NCBI GenBank assembly: GCA_963734545.1
Contig: CAVTHO010000007.1
Span: 224,001-288,000, forward strand
Direction of reading: 5' to 3'
From: an uncultured Spirochaetota bacterium
GTDB lineage: Bacteria > Spirochaetota > Spirochaetia > SZUA-6 > Fen-1364
Length of the DNA stretch: 64,000 bases
Shown here: piece after piece, positions 20,733-30,228 of the stretch
Numbering within the stretch: position 1 is the stretch's first letter
Layout: each line of letters opens with the position of its first letter
Notes under the pieces: model-generated
What the model saw: only the letters and a program-made list of their open reading frames with translations
Told to the model about the DNA's origin: nothing
The model's database searches: none
Made by a program: the position numbers and the translations under genes

Positions 20733-21980
20733 CTACTGCACGAGGGCGTCGGCCACCAGCTTGGACAGGAACTCCACCCGCATGCCGAGGCCGTAGTGCG
20801 CGTTGATGTCGGTGAGCTGGGTATGGCAATTCTCACAGGCCGTGCAGAGAATCGCCGCGCCTGAGGCCTTCATCTGGTCGGCCTTGACCTTAGCCGACTT
20901 CATCCGGAAATCCTGTTCCCCCATGGCGACAAGCCCGCCGCCCCCTCCGCAGCACCAGTTCCTGTCGCGATTGGGCTGAAGCTCGACGAAATCATTCGTC
21001 AGTTTGCTGATGACGTACCGCGGCTCCTCGATCACGCCTCCGTTGCGCGCGATCTGGCACGGGTCGTGGTAGGTGAGCCTGCCCGCGAGCTTCGTGCCGT
21101 CCAGCCGGATTCTTCCCTCTCTCAAATAACGCGCGATGAGCTCCACGAAGGCCACGACCTTGAAGGGATGCGCGCCGGTCATGTACTTCATGACCCTGAA
21201 CGCGGTCCCGCATTCGACTATCGCGACCTCTTTCACCTTGAGCCGGACGGCCTCGTCATGTATCCGCCGGGCGATTATCTGCGTCTTCTTCGGGTCTCCG
21301 AGAAACGCGGCGAAGTTCACCGCTTCGAATACGCTCAGAGTCCATTTTTCTCCCGCGGCATTCATGATGGCGGCGGCGGGCACGATGGAATGGCTGCCCG
21401 CCAGGGCCACGTAGAGAACGTCGGCGCCTTCCGCCTCCACGCTCACCGCATTCTGACCGGGCGATCCCGCCCAGAGGGCGCGGATCTCCGGCTCGAGGTT
21501 GCGCACGGCCTTCTCGAATCCCGGGCGGCTTTCCTCGACGCCGTCGGCCTTGGCGATGGACATGTCGGCGAGCATGGTGAGGAGCTTGGGCTCCTTGTCC
21601 GCGCCGATGAGGAGGAGCTTGGCGATGGACATGATCATCTGCGTGTCGATTCCGAAGGGACAGAAGGTCATGCAGCGCCGGCAGCCCGTGCACGACCAGG
21701 CGGCATCGGACACGAGGTCCAGGGAGATATCGTCCATGGGAAGGACTTCGCCGAGCCAGGGAGCGAACTTTCCCTCCAGCTTGAAATAGCGCTTGAAGAT
21801 CTTGCGGATCACCTCGGCGCGGCCCACCGCCGTGTACCGGGTCTGGGGCATGGAAGCGTATGCATGGCAGGCTTCCACGCAGACTCCGCAACGGGCGCAC
21901 GTGTCCAGGTAGAGGCGCATCGCGCCATTGAGCCTGGTTTTGAACAGGTCCTTGAGCTTGCTGCGGGTGGTCTGGTCCAT
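20733..21980 (-). CDS. CCG-domain Fe-S oxidoreductase (DsrK/TmcB/HdrD-like)
   Basis: CARCGVCVEAC and CTGCRRCMTFCP 4Fe-4S motifs; ECG, YHDPC, CCGGGGG, CENC. Confidence 0.88.
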   Translation of the reverse strand: MDQTTRSKLKDLFKTRLNGAMRLYLDTCARCGVCVEACHAYASMPQTRYTAVGRAEVIRKIFKRYFKLEGKFAPWLGEVLPMDDISLDLVSDAAWSCTGCRRCMTFCPFGIDTQMIMSIAKLLLIGADKEPKLLTMLADMSIAKADGVEESRPGFEKAVRNLEPEIRALWAGSPGQNAVSVEAEGADVLYVALAGSHSIVPAAAIMNAAGEKWTLSVFEAVNFAAFLGDPKKTQIIARRIHDEAVRLKVKEVAIVECGTAFRVMKYMTGAHPFKVVAFVELIARYLREGRIRLDGTKLAGRLTYHDPCQIARNGGVIEEPRYVISKLTNDFVELQPNRDRNWCCGGGGGLVAMGEQDFRMKSAKVKADQMKASGAAILCTACENCHTQLTDINAHYGLGMRVEFLSKLVADALVQ

Positions 21981-21984
21981 GCCG

Positions 21985-22824
21985 CTACCTCCTCCTCAGC
22001 AGGTTGAGGGGTACGCTGAAAAAAGTGTGAATGATCTTGGTGAAAGGCAGGACCATGAAAAAAAGGTCCGCGAGGAGCACGTGGATGACCGCGAAGTGGT
22101 AGTGGGAACCAGGGAGGACCGCGCGGGGATCGGCAAAGGAGAAGCGGAGGAGCCCGTCGAAGTACTTCGAGAAATCCTGCTTGGTCATGACGAAGCCGTG
22201 CGCTGTCCACGAGTTCCCCCAGCTCATGAGGTCACCGAAGAGGAACAGGAAGAGAAGAAGGAGAAGAAGCAGGTAGTCGGCAGGCACGGATATCTCCCTG
22301 ACCGGGCTCCTGAATCGCCTCATGATGAAGTAGAGAACAGGCAGCGTCACGGCAGCTCCCACCGCGCCGGCGCCCAGCATGTGGCGTGACTCAGGCCCGA
22401 CGATGTTGATCTGCGGGAGTATGTCCAGGTGACCGAGGATCAGAAGCAGGAAGGCGACGTGGTAGATCATGAGGAAAATCCAGAAGAGGGGTTTGTGCGC
22501 CCTCACCTGGGGCATGGCAAAAGTGTCCACCAGGCTGGCAAGGCCGGGCCGCTTCGCTGCCGGGTACAGGCGCAGGGAGAATGCCTGCCGGGGGGCGCGC
22601 AGGATCGTCACGATGCGCCAGGTCACCCCCACCACGAGTACAAGCACGGAGAGGTACACCAGCGGCACCATGATGACGTAGTCGATCCAGTTCACCACGA
22701 GGGCGAGCCCGGTGGGGGCCGCCGAAGCGATCGAGGCCGACGTGGCGGCATCGATCGCTCCCGGGGAGCCGGCCGCCGCGGCGGAGGCGGCGGTCACAGC
22801 GTCCGAAACTGCCTGTGCTGCCAT
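21985..22824 (-). CDS. NarI-like membrane cytochrome b (DsrM/TmcC/HdrE-like)
   Basis: About 5 TM; heme-ligand His pairs YHVAFLLLILGH and IHVLLADLFFMVLPFTKIIH. Confidence 0.82.
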   Translation of the reverse strand: MAAQAVSDAVTAASAAAAGSPGAIDAATSASIASAAPTGLALVVNWIDYVIMVPLVYLSVLVLVVGVTWRIVTILRAPRQAFSLRLYPAAKRPGLASLVDTFAMPQVRAHKPLFWIFLMIYHVAFLLLILGHLDILPQINIVGPESRHMLGAGAVGAAVTLPVLYFIMRRFRSPVREISVPADYLLLLLLLFLFLFGDLMSWGNSWTAHGFVMTKQDFSKYFDGLLRFSFADPRAVLPGSHYHFAVIHVLLADLFFMVLPFTKIIHTFFSVPLNLLRRR

Positions 22825-22838
22825 CCAGGTCTTCTCTC

Positions 22839-23078
22839 CTATTTCTGGCGCTTCACGAAGATCTTGATGACCCCCGGCTCCTGCCGCGATTCAAGAATTG
22901 CCTGCCCGGTTGTCTTGGCCCAGGCGGGGAAGTCCGCCAGGGACCCGGGATCCGTGGTATGCACCTCGATTACGTCGCCCACAGCGACTGAACCGATCAC
23001 CTGGCTGATCTTGACAATGGGCATGGGACATGCGAGCCCCTTGTAGTCCAGTGTCTTGGCAATCGTGTAGTCCGCCAT
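22839..23078 (-). CDS. TusA-family sulfur carrier
   Basis: LDYKGLACPMPI (CPxP) and TDPGSLADFPAW. Confidence 0.92.
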   Translation of the reverse strand: MADYTIAKTLDYKGLACPMPIVKISQVIGSVAVGDVIEVHTTDPGSLADFPAWAKTTGQAILESRQEPGVIKIFVKRQK

Positions 23079-23099
23079 ATGACTCTTCCTTTCCGTTTC

Positions 23100-23642
23100 C
23101 TAGATGAAGAACTGGATGGCCGAATCCTTCGCATGCCCGAGCATCGTCGCCACGCCGCAGACCTCCAGACCGGGGTAATCGACCATTTCTTCCTTCTTGA
23201 ATCCCATCAGGTCCATGGACATCTCGCAGATGTAGATCTTCACGGCGAGCTGGCCCGCCACCTCGAGGAGCTGGTCCATGCTCGCGACGTTCTTTTTCTG
23301 CATGAGGCCTTTCAGCATGGCGGTGCCCATGCCGGCCATGTGCATCTGGGAGAGCTTCAGCTTGTTGCGGCCCTTCGGGAGCATCATGCCGAACATCTTC
23401 GACATGACGTTCTTGCCGTTCACGTGCTTCGCGGGGTCGCGCAGCGCGGCCGTCCCCCAGAAGGTGAAGAAGAGCACGACCTTCATGCCCATCGCAGCGG
23501 CCCCGGTGGCGATGATCATGGCAGCAAGCTGTTTGTCCAGGTCTCCCGAGAACACGATCATGGTTACCTTGTTCTCGGCGCCCGGCATGTCCCCTACCTT
23601 GGCCTTGAGCTCGGCGATTTCCTTTTCGACGTTCAGAGTCAT
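23100..23642 (-). CDS. DsrE2-family (DrsE_2) sulfurtransferase
   Basis: IVFSGDLDK, AAAMG, LFFTFWG, LKLSQMHMAGMG, ICEMSMDLMG. Confidence 0.88.
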   Translation of the reverse strand: MTLNVEKEIAELKAKVGDMPGAENKVTMIVFSGDLDKQLAAMIIATGAAAMGMKVVLFFTFWGTAALRDPAKHVNGKNVMSKMFGMMLPKGRNKLKLSQMHMAGMGTAMLKGLMQKKNVASMDQLLEVAGQLAVKIYICEMSMDLMGFKKEEMVDYPGLEVCGVATMLGHAKDSAIQFFI

Positions 23643-23698
23643 ATCCTCGCTCCTTCCCTGACGCTCCTGGCGTCACTTCTCTCCGGACGCTCCCGGCG

Positions 23699-24049
23699 TC
23701 ATTTCTGCTTGACGGCGCCTGTGGCGCCTCTGTTCCGTATTGTCGCTGCCGGCACTTCCCTGTGACACCCTTCGAGGCACTTGACGAGGTCCCGCAGGCG
23801 CGGCTCAACCAGGGCATATCGGGCGAACCCTGCCTGCCGGGTGGCGGCAACAAGATGGCTCATCCGCAGGATGCGGAGCTGCTGCGACACGATAGCCTGC
23901 TTGAGATCCAGTCTCTCGGCAAGCCCGATGACGCTTTCCTCCCCTTCACACAGAATGGCCACTATGCCGAGCCGAGCGGGATGCGCCAGCGCCTTGAGCA
24001 CATCTGCCAGGTGCGCAGCCCGCGGCCGTTCATCCGCCAGGCTTCCCAT
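23699..24049 (-). CDS. ArsR-family regulator with Cys in both the N- and C-terminal helices
   Basis: LKALAHPARLGIVAILCEGE, QAIVSQQLRILR, LVKCLEGC; GGAG RBS. Confidence 0.85.
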   Translation of the reverse strand: MGSLADERPRAAHLADVLKALAHPARLGIVAILCEGEESVIGLAERLDLKQAIVSQQLRILRMSHLVAATRQAGFARYALVEPRLRDLVKCLEGCHREVPAATIRNRGATGAVKQK

Positions 24050-24082
24050 TTGCTCTCCTTCACTGTCTATTTGATTGTAGCG

Positions 24083-24118
24083 ATATGACTATATCACGAT
24101 ATCCAAAATATGCAATAT
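24083..24118. promoter_or_regulatory. Candidate ArsR operator (periodic ATAT boxes)
   Basis: ATAT at 24083, 24091, 24099, 24108 and 24115, forming two overlapping ATAT-N12-ATAT sites in an AT-rich patch upstream of the ArsR gene. Confidence 0.5.
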
Positions 24119-24165
24119 CTTTTTCGCACTTTTTTTCACGAGATACATGCGCGATGAAACGTGAA

Positions 24166-24675
24166 TCAGAACGCGAAAAGTATGCCGGCGTTCAGGTGGA
24201 AGACCCCCATGTTCCTGCTTCCCTCGAAGAGCACGTTGTATTTCGCCTGAACAAAGGCATCCAGGTTGCTGATGAGCCTGAATGCCGCTCCGCCCAGCAG
24301 GCCGACATGCGGCGCCAGGACGTCCGCAACCGTCGTGAGGCCGGGGCTCAACCCGGCAAACACATCGAAATCCCCCAGCGGCACGATGAATTTGAAAGCG
24401 AGGTCGACATCGGTGGCGTTTTGAGTGTCGAACTTGTAGAGCTCGGAAGAAGGAGTGATGTGGAACGTGGAAATGAGCGGGATGTTCACATAGAATCCCC
24501 AGTTGAAGCTCGGCTGCCCCTCGGTGTTGGGGATGTTCGTCGTGCTGCCCTGCGGAAACGCGGCTCCGAAAGAGAACCCGAGCCCTACTGATGTAGCGGA
24601 TGGGTCAGCGGAAAGGGGCACGGCGGAGGAGAGGGCAAGGACGATGAGCACGAAAAGCGGGAGCATGCGCGGCAT
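24166..24675 (-). CDS. Putative small outer-membrane beta-barrel protein
   Basis: Signal peptide, alternating aromatic/Gly beta strands, C-terminal Phe (GILFAF); AAGGAGG RBS. Confidence 0.65.
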   Translation of the reverse strand: MPRMLPLFVLIVLALSSAVPLSADPSATSVGLGFSFGAAFPQGSTTNIPNTEGQPSFNWGFYVNIPLISTFHITPSSELYKFDTQNATDVDLAFKFIVPLGDFDVFAGLSPGLTTVADVLAPHVGLLGGAAFRLISNLDAFVQAKYNVLFEGSRNMGVFHLNAGILFAF

Positions 24676-24694
24676 GGCGGTGTTCCTCCTTTCC

Positions 24695-26031
24695 CTACTG
24701 TAGCCCATTTGCCCGGATCAAGTCACGGTACCAGAACGCGCTTTTTTTCCATTGACGGGCCTGCGTGGCGAAGTCAATCCGCAGCAGGCCGAAACGCATC
24801 GAGAGGCCCCAGTTCCACTCGAAGTTGTCCATCAGGCTCCAGTGGAAGTAGCCCCGGCAGTCCACCCCTTCGGCAATCGCGCGTCCGACCATGGCCACGT
24901 GATCCGAAAGGTAGGCAATACGCTCCTCGTCTTGCAGGGGGTCCTTCCCGGAAACCTCGACAAGGGGAAATCCGTTCTCGGTTATCACGCAGGGAGGGTT
25001 GCCGTACTTTTCCTTCAGCCGAAGCAGTATTGCATGCAGGCCCTGCGGGTAGATCTCCCACATGGCGCTGCGGAGGGAGTCCGGCTTGACGTACTCACTC
25101 GCATGAAGATAGGGCATGAAGCGCGCCCATCGATAGTGGTTCCGCGTATAGTAGTTGATTCCGATGTAGGTGCCTGGTTTTTTCATTTCCCGCAGGTCGC
25201 TGTCCAGCGTGCGGGGAAGGAACCGGTGCAGCCTCCTGAGCATCCTCTCCGGGTAGATGCCGCGAAGCAGGGGATCCAGCACGGACCCGTTGGCCGCGTC
25301 GTCCATGAAGGCCGCTGCTTCCACGTCGCGGGCGCGGTTCTCATCCGCAGGGGAGACCCACACGGCGTGGTGCGCCAGCCCGATCATCCCCGGCCTGCCG
25401 GTTGCCGACCAGGCCTCGACCAGGCGTGCGTGGCCAAGAAGCAGATGGTGGGAGGCATGCATCATCCCCCGCAGCGCCAGCTTGCGCCCGGGGGAAACTC
25501 GCCGGTGCCGAATCCGAGGAAGGCATAGATGGTCGGCTCGTTGACCGTGATCCAATTCCTCACCCTGTCACCGAGCGCTCCGAACAACGCGGAGCCGAGC
25601 TCCACGAGGTGGTCGATTGCCGACCGATCGGTGAAGCCTCCCCTGCGCGACAGCCACAGCGGCTCCTCGAGGTGGAAAACGGTGATCCAGGGATCGATGC
25701 CGGCGGCAAGCACGCGGTCGACGAGCCTGCTGTAGAAATCGATCCCTGCCTGGTTCAGCCGTCCGGGCTCCGGGAAAATCCGGCCCCACCCGACGGAAAA
25801 ACGATAGGCGTGGACGCCGAGATCACGCAAATGCCGGATGTCCTCCTCGTACCTGTGATAGTGGTCACAGGCGAAGTCGGCATTTGTTCCATCTTTGATC
25901 GTGCCTCGCCGATGGGAGAACTCGTGCCAATTCGTGGGGCCTGCCCCGTCCGCCAGGGGAGAGCCCTCGATCTGGTAGGCGGCGCTGGCCGCGCCCCATA
26001 GAAATCCCTTCGGAAATTCTGTTGTTTCCAT
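24695..26031 (-). CDS. GH1 beta-glucosidase (frameshift near 25490)
   Basis: FPKGFLWGAASAAYQIEG, DHYHRY, YRFS, TVNEP acid/base, ITENG nucleophile, WSLMDNFEW. Confidence 0.92.
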
Positions 26032-26062
26032 GGTGGGCTGATTATATGCTACGCTGACGCTC

Positions 26063-28108
26063 ATGGGTAAGGTAGATCGCAAAACGGGCAATGAATCGCG
26101 TCTCTCCGTGGACGAGCTGAAACAGGCGGCCTGCCGCATGCGCGCGCTCGATATCGTCAGCATCCACGCCGCCGGATCGGGACATCCGGGCGGAACCCTC
26201 TCCGTCATGGATATTGCGGCCGTTCTTTTCCTGGACGAGGTGCGTTATGATCCGCGCGATCCTGACTGGGAGGGCCGGGACAGGGTTTTCTTCTCTGCCG
26301 GGCATAAGGCTCCTGCCATCTACGTCGCGCTGGTGCAGGCAGGCCTCTACAAGGAAGAGGACGCGGTCACCCTGCGCAAGCTGGGGAGCCCGTTCCAGGG
26401 CCATCCACATGCGCCCAATCTTCGGGGTCTCGAGGTCTCCAGCGGCTCCCTCGGCCAGGGATTGGGCATCGCGGTAGGATGCGCTCTTGCCGGCCGGATG
26501 AGCGGCGCCGGTTACCGGGTCTACTGCGTGCTGGGAGACGGGGAGCAGCAGGAGGGAAGCGTCTGGGAGGCGGTCATGGCCGCGGCCCACTACGGGCTGG
26601 ACACTCTCTGCGCCATTGTGGACAGGAACCGGCTCCAGATCGACGGGCCGGTGAGCGCCGTAATGAGCGTTGACCCCCTCGCGGACAAGTATCGCTCCTT
26701 TGGATGGAATGTCCTGGAGGTCGATGGGCACGACATCGACAAGCTGCAGGCGGCCTTTGCCTCCGCAAGGGCTTCCCACGGAAAGCCCACGGTCATCGTC
26801 GCCGACACGGTGAAGGGAAAAGGGGTTTCCTTCATGGAAAACCAGGCAGGCTGGCACGGGGTCCCCACGACCAGCCAGGAGCAGCTTGAGAAGGCGCTCG
26901 CCGACATCGGCTGCGCCGCATTCACCAGAGAGCACGTGCGGCACCTGCTCGACGCGGCCGACGATCACCAGAAGCGTGTCGATGCGGAGCTGGAGAAGGA
27001 GCTGCCGAAGTTTTCCCGTGCATACGAGTGGGGCGCGCGGGAGGAGCTGCAGGTCGAGATGCTTCCGACCAGGACAGGATTCGGGGCATGCCTGGCCAAG
27101 ATCGGTGACGATCCCCGGATCGTGACGGTTCACGCGGACATCTCCGCCTCGATTTCGATCGCTGACTTCGAGAAGGGACATCCTGAACGGAAGTCCCGGG
27201 TGGTCAGCGTGGGCATCGCCGAGCAGAACATGATGAGTGTCGCGGCGGGTCTTGCGCTCGAAGGCAGGATACCGGTGGCGGGAACCTACGGGGTGTTCGC
27301 GGCAGGGAGGCCCTGGGACCAGATCCGTACGACAATCTGCTACGACAACCTTAATGTCAAAATCGCGGGAGCGCACGGCGGCATATCCGTGGGGCAGGAC
27401 GGGGCAACACATCAGGCTCTGGAGGAGATCAGCCTCATGAGCATTCTTCCCAACATGCGGGTCGTGGTGCCCTGCGACGCCCGGGAAACAGAAAGGCTCT
27501 GCCGGATTTCCATCCTCGATCTGAACGGTCCCGTGTACATGCGCTATGCGCGTGAAGCCACCCCGGTCGTCACCACGGAGAGTACGCCGTTGAGATTCGG
27601 GGAGGCCAATATTATCCGCTACCGCGGCAGTCGAGGCGCATTTCTCCAGGGCTTCGATGTCACACCCTCTTCGGAATATGCGGATGAGCACGAGGACATT
27701 TCCATTGTGGCCTGCGGTCCGATTGTCTGCGAGGCAATGCGCGCGGCTCTCATACTCAAGGAAGAAAACGGGCTCGAGACCCGGATACTCAACATGCACA
27801 CTGTGAAACCCCTGGACGGGGACGCGGTGGACCATGCATGCAGGGAAACCGGGGCCCTCCTGACCTGTGAAGAACACCAGAAAGGCGGGTTCGGGAATAT
27901 CATTGCCGGCTCGCTGTGCGCGCGGAAGCAGATGGAAGAGCCGTACGTGTTCGAGATGATGGGGATCGAGGATCGGTTCGGAGAATCGGGCAAACCGCGC
28001 GAGCTCATGATCAGGTTCGGATTGACCGCCGAGCATATTGCGGTGCGTGCACGGGAGCTCGTGGAGCGAAAGGGCGCCGCGAAAAAGACTCCCAGGAGGC
28101 GGGCATGA
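26063..28108 (+). CDS. tkt: Transketolase (N- and C-terminal halves of the split type in one chain)
   Basis: SGHPGG, SAGH, GSLGQG, GDGEQQEG, TVKGKG, GIAEQN, DGATHQ. Confidence 0.9.
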   Translation: MGKVDRKTGNESRLSVDELKQAACRMRALDIVSIHAAGSGHPGGTLSVMDIAAVLFLDEVRYDPRDPDWEGRDRVFFSAGHKAPAIYVALVQAGLYKEEDAVTLRKLGSPFQGHPHAPNLRGLEVSSGSLGQGLGIAVGCALAGRMSGAGYRVYCVLGDGEQQEGSVWEAVMAAAHYGLDTLCAIVDRNRLQIDGPVSAVMSVDPLADKYRSFGWNVLEVDGHDIDKLQAAFASARASHGKPTVIVADTVKGKGVSFMENQAGWHGVPTTSQEQLEKALADIGCAAFTREHVRHLLDAADDHQKRVDAELEKELPKFSRAYEWGAREELQVEMLPTRTGFGACLAKIGDDPRIVTVHADISASISIADFEKGHPERKSRVVSVGIAEQNMMSVAAGLALEGRIPVAGTYGVFAAGRPWDQIRTTICYDNLNVKIAGAHGGISVGQDGATHQALEEISLMSILPNMRVVVPCDARETERLCRISILDLNGPVYMRYAREATPVVTTESTPLRFGEANIIRYRGSRGAFLQGFDVTPSSEYADEHEDISIVACGPIVCEAMRAALILKEENGLETRILNMHTVKPLDGDAVDHACRETGALLTCEEHQKGGFGNIIAGSLCARKQMEEPYVFEMMGIEDRFGESGKPRELMIRFGLTAEHIAVRARELVERKGAAKKTPRRRA

Positions 28109-28509
28109 TCGACAGGATGAGTGAGACGATAGTCAGGGCAATGATCGAGGCGCTGCCCGTGGAAACTACCGTCATCGATGCGAACGACGAGGTGATCGGC
28201 TGGAACAAGCACGAAACGAGGTTGTTCCATCGGCCAATGTCGTCCATGGGGCTCAATTTCCGGGAGTGCCACCCCCAGGAAAGCCTCGCGAGGGTCGAGC
28301 AGATCGTGAAAGAGATGAGAGAGGGCACGCGCGACAAGGCCCGTTTCTGGATCAACCTCGCCGTTGAGGGGCACGAAAGGAAACACAGGATCCTGATCGA
28401 GTTCTACGCTTTGCGGGACGCCGCCGGCACATATCTCGGCTGCATGGAATGCACGCAGGACGTGCAGGACATCATGGAGCTTACCGGGGAGAAGCGGCTC
28501 CTGGATTGA
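28105..28509 (+). CDS. Stand-alone PAS-domain protein (PAS_10/DUF438-associated type)
   Basis: LPVETTVIDAND, RLFHR, ECHPQES, RFWI, YLGCMECTQD; ATGA overlap with tkt. Confidence 0.78.
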   Translation: MIDRMSETIVRAMIEALPVETTVIDANDEVIGWNKHETRLFHRPMSSMGLNFRECHPQESLARVEQIVKEMREGTRDKARFWINLAVEGHERKHRILIEFYALRDAAGTYLGCMECTQDVQDIMELTGEKRLLD

Positions 28510-28528
28510 TGACAGGGAGGTCGGCGGG

Positions 28529-28867
28529 ATGACGTTTCTTTATCTCAATTCCGACACCATGGGCAACGGACCTGACAAGACGCTCGGGCAGAAGCTCCTC
28601 TCGCTTTTTCTTGAGGAGCTTGTCTCGTCCCGGGTCGCTGTGGACATGGTCGGATGCGTGAATGGGGGCGTCTTCCTCACGACCTGCGAGGGCCCCGCAT
28701 TGGAGAGCCTGCGTCTCCTGGAGGGTCGCGGCGCGCGAATTGCGAGCTGCGGGACGTGTCTGGATCACCTGGGACTGCGCGATTCGCTCAAGATCGGAGA
28801 AGTGGGCGCGATGGACATGACCGTGCAGATAATGGCCGCGGCGGACAGGGTTCTCCAGCCCTGCTGA
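28529..28867 (+). CDS. DsrE-like protein (YedF/selenium-metabolism-associated type, no TusA domain)
   Basis: SDTMGNG...LGQKLL, NGGVFL, SCGTCLDH; GGAGG RBS. Confidence 0.75.
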   Translation: MTFLYLNSDTMGNGPDKTLGQKLLSLFLEELVSSRVAVDMVGCVNGGVFLTTCEGPALESLRLLEGRGARIASCGTCLDHLGLRDSLKIGEVGAMDMTVQIMAAADRVLQPC

Positions 28868-28964
28868 ATGGTGTGGCATACTCGGAAGCGATGATCAGAT
28901 CGTTGGCGAGCGCGGCGGGCAGCCATAAAAAGCTGTTGATGCGCGTTTCGGGAGGTCATCTCAC

Positions 28965-29567
28965 ATGAAGGTAGTGGTCATTGGCGCAACGGGGACAATC
29001 GGAAAGGCGGTCGCGGACGCCCTTGAGAAACGTGGACATGAAGTGATACGCGCGTCCCGCAAATCGGCGGTGCGGGTCGACATCGAGGATACAGCAACGC
29101 TGAATGCGCTCTTCGACGGCAGGAAGGATGTCGACGCAGTTGTGTCCTGTGCGGGCGGCGCGGCGTGGGGACCGCTCGCGAGCCTCACAGATGACGACTT
29201 TGCGCGCTCGCTCCGCTACAAGCTGATGGGCCAGGTCAACGTGATTCGCGTGGCGAAGGACAAGGTGAAGGACGGCGGGTCGATCACCGTAACGAGCGGC
29301 ATTCTGGCAACAAAGCCGATGCTCGGAAGCGCCGCGGTGTCTCTCGTGAACGCGGGCCTCGAAGGGTTTGTGCGCGCGGCGGGGCTGGAAACGCAGCGCG
29401 GCGTGCGCGTCAATGTTGTCAGCCCGCCGTGGGTGAAAGAAACGCTGCGCGCCAGAAAAATGGATGAGTCGCATGCTCTGGCGGCTGCGGACGTGGCGAA
29501 AGCGTATGTTGCTGCGGTCGAAGGCAAGGCGAATGGAGAAGTGCTGGACGCGACGCAATTCGCCTGA
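28965..29567 (+). CDS. Short-chain dehydrogenase (short atypical type)
   Basis: VIGATGTIG, KLMGQVN, GGSITVTSG, VNAGLEGFVRA, RVNVVSP. Confidence 0.88.
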   Translation: MKVVVIGATGTIGKAVADALEKRGHEVIRASRKSAVRVDIEDTATLNALFDGRKDVDAVVSCAGGAAWGPLASLTDDDFARSLRYKLMGQVNVIRVAKDKVKDGGSITVTSGILATKPMLGSAAVSLVNAGLEGFVRAAGLETQRGVRVNVVSPPWVKETLRARKMDESHALAAADVAKAYVAAVEGKANGEVLDATQFA

Positions 29568-29650
29568 GACGCCTCAGGTATCGGGGCCAACCTCCGACTG
29601 AGGTTTGCCAGGCGCTTGTCATTTCACAGCACGCGACGCAGAATGCGGTC

Positions 29651-30025
29651 ATGGCATGCAGAATCGTCATTGAAGCCCCCGGGCATACCCTCAAGGCGGA
29701 ACTAGCAGATTCGGCGGCGGGACGGGTGATCTCATCGTCACTGCCGCTTACCGCGGACATGTCCCGCTGGGGAGAGGAGTACTACGGGAGCATCGCAATC
29801 GACCTCGCCGCGGACGGGACGGAGAGAGACATCATGGAAGTGGGGGAAATTGCATACTGGCCGCCCGGCAGAGCGCTGTGCATCTTCTTTGGCCGCACTC
29901 CCGCGAGCACGGACGAGCATCCAAAGGCTGCCTCGCCGGTCATTCCGATCGGTCGGGTGACTGCGGGACTGGACGGCCTTCGTTCCCTGGGCAAGCGCGT
30001 GAAAATGAAGTTCCAGGCCGTCTGA
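29651..30025 (+). CDS. Cyclophilin-like fold protein (DUF369/TM1367-like)
   Basis: RWGEEYY, GEIAYWPPGRALCIFFGRTPAS, ASPV. Confidence 0.8.
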   Translation: MACRIVIEAPGHTLKAELADSAAGRVISSSLPLTADMSRWGEEYYGSIAIDLAADGTERDIMEVGEIAYWPPGRALCIFFGRTPASTDEHPKAASPVIPIGRVTAGLDGLRSLGKRVKMKFQAV

Positions 30026-30088
30026 GTTGCCGATTGCAGCAGAAGCATTTATCGCGCGGACAAAGGGGGCTCTCGGTAATTTGACTAG

Positions 30089-30162
30089 TGGGCAATGCGC
30101 GATTCGAACGCGCGGCCTATGGCTCCGGAGGCCATCGCTCTATCCAACTGAGCTAATTGCCC
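30089..30162 (-). tRNA. tRNA-Arg(CCG)
   Basis: Minus strand GGGCAAT acceptor stem, AGCTCAGTTGGATAGAGC D arm, ATGGC-CT CCG GA-GCCAT anticodon arm, GTTCGAATC T loop; CCA not encoded; TTGACA-17-TATCGT promoter at 30207-30235. Confidence 0.95.
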
Positions 30163-30228
30163 AAAAACACGGAACGTGCAATCCTCGTCCCGCACTCGTG
30201 GATTCAACGATACTCGGAAGGTATTCAT

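Noticed and set aside
28862-28895. Cys-TGA at the end of the YedF-like gene as a selenocysteine codon
   Set aside because: The domain is complete at this point, readthrough adds only eight residues, and no clear SECIS hairpin is visible.
30089-30162. tRNA-Arg as the attachment site of an island covering 18-30 kb
   Set aside because: No integrase and no convincing duplicate of the tRNA 3' end found by eye.
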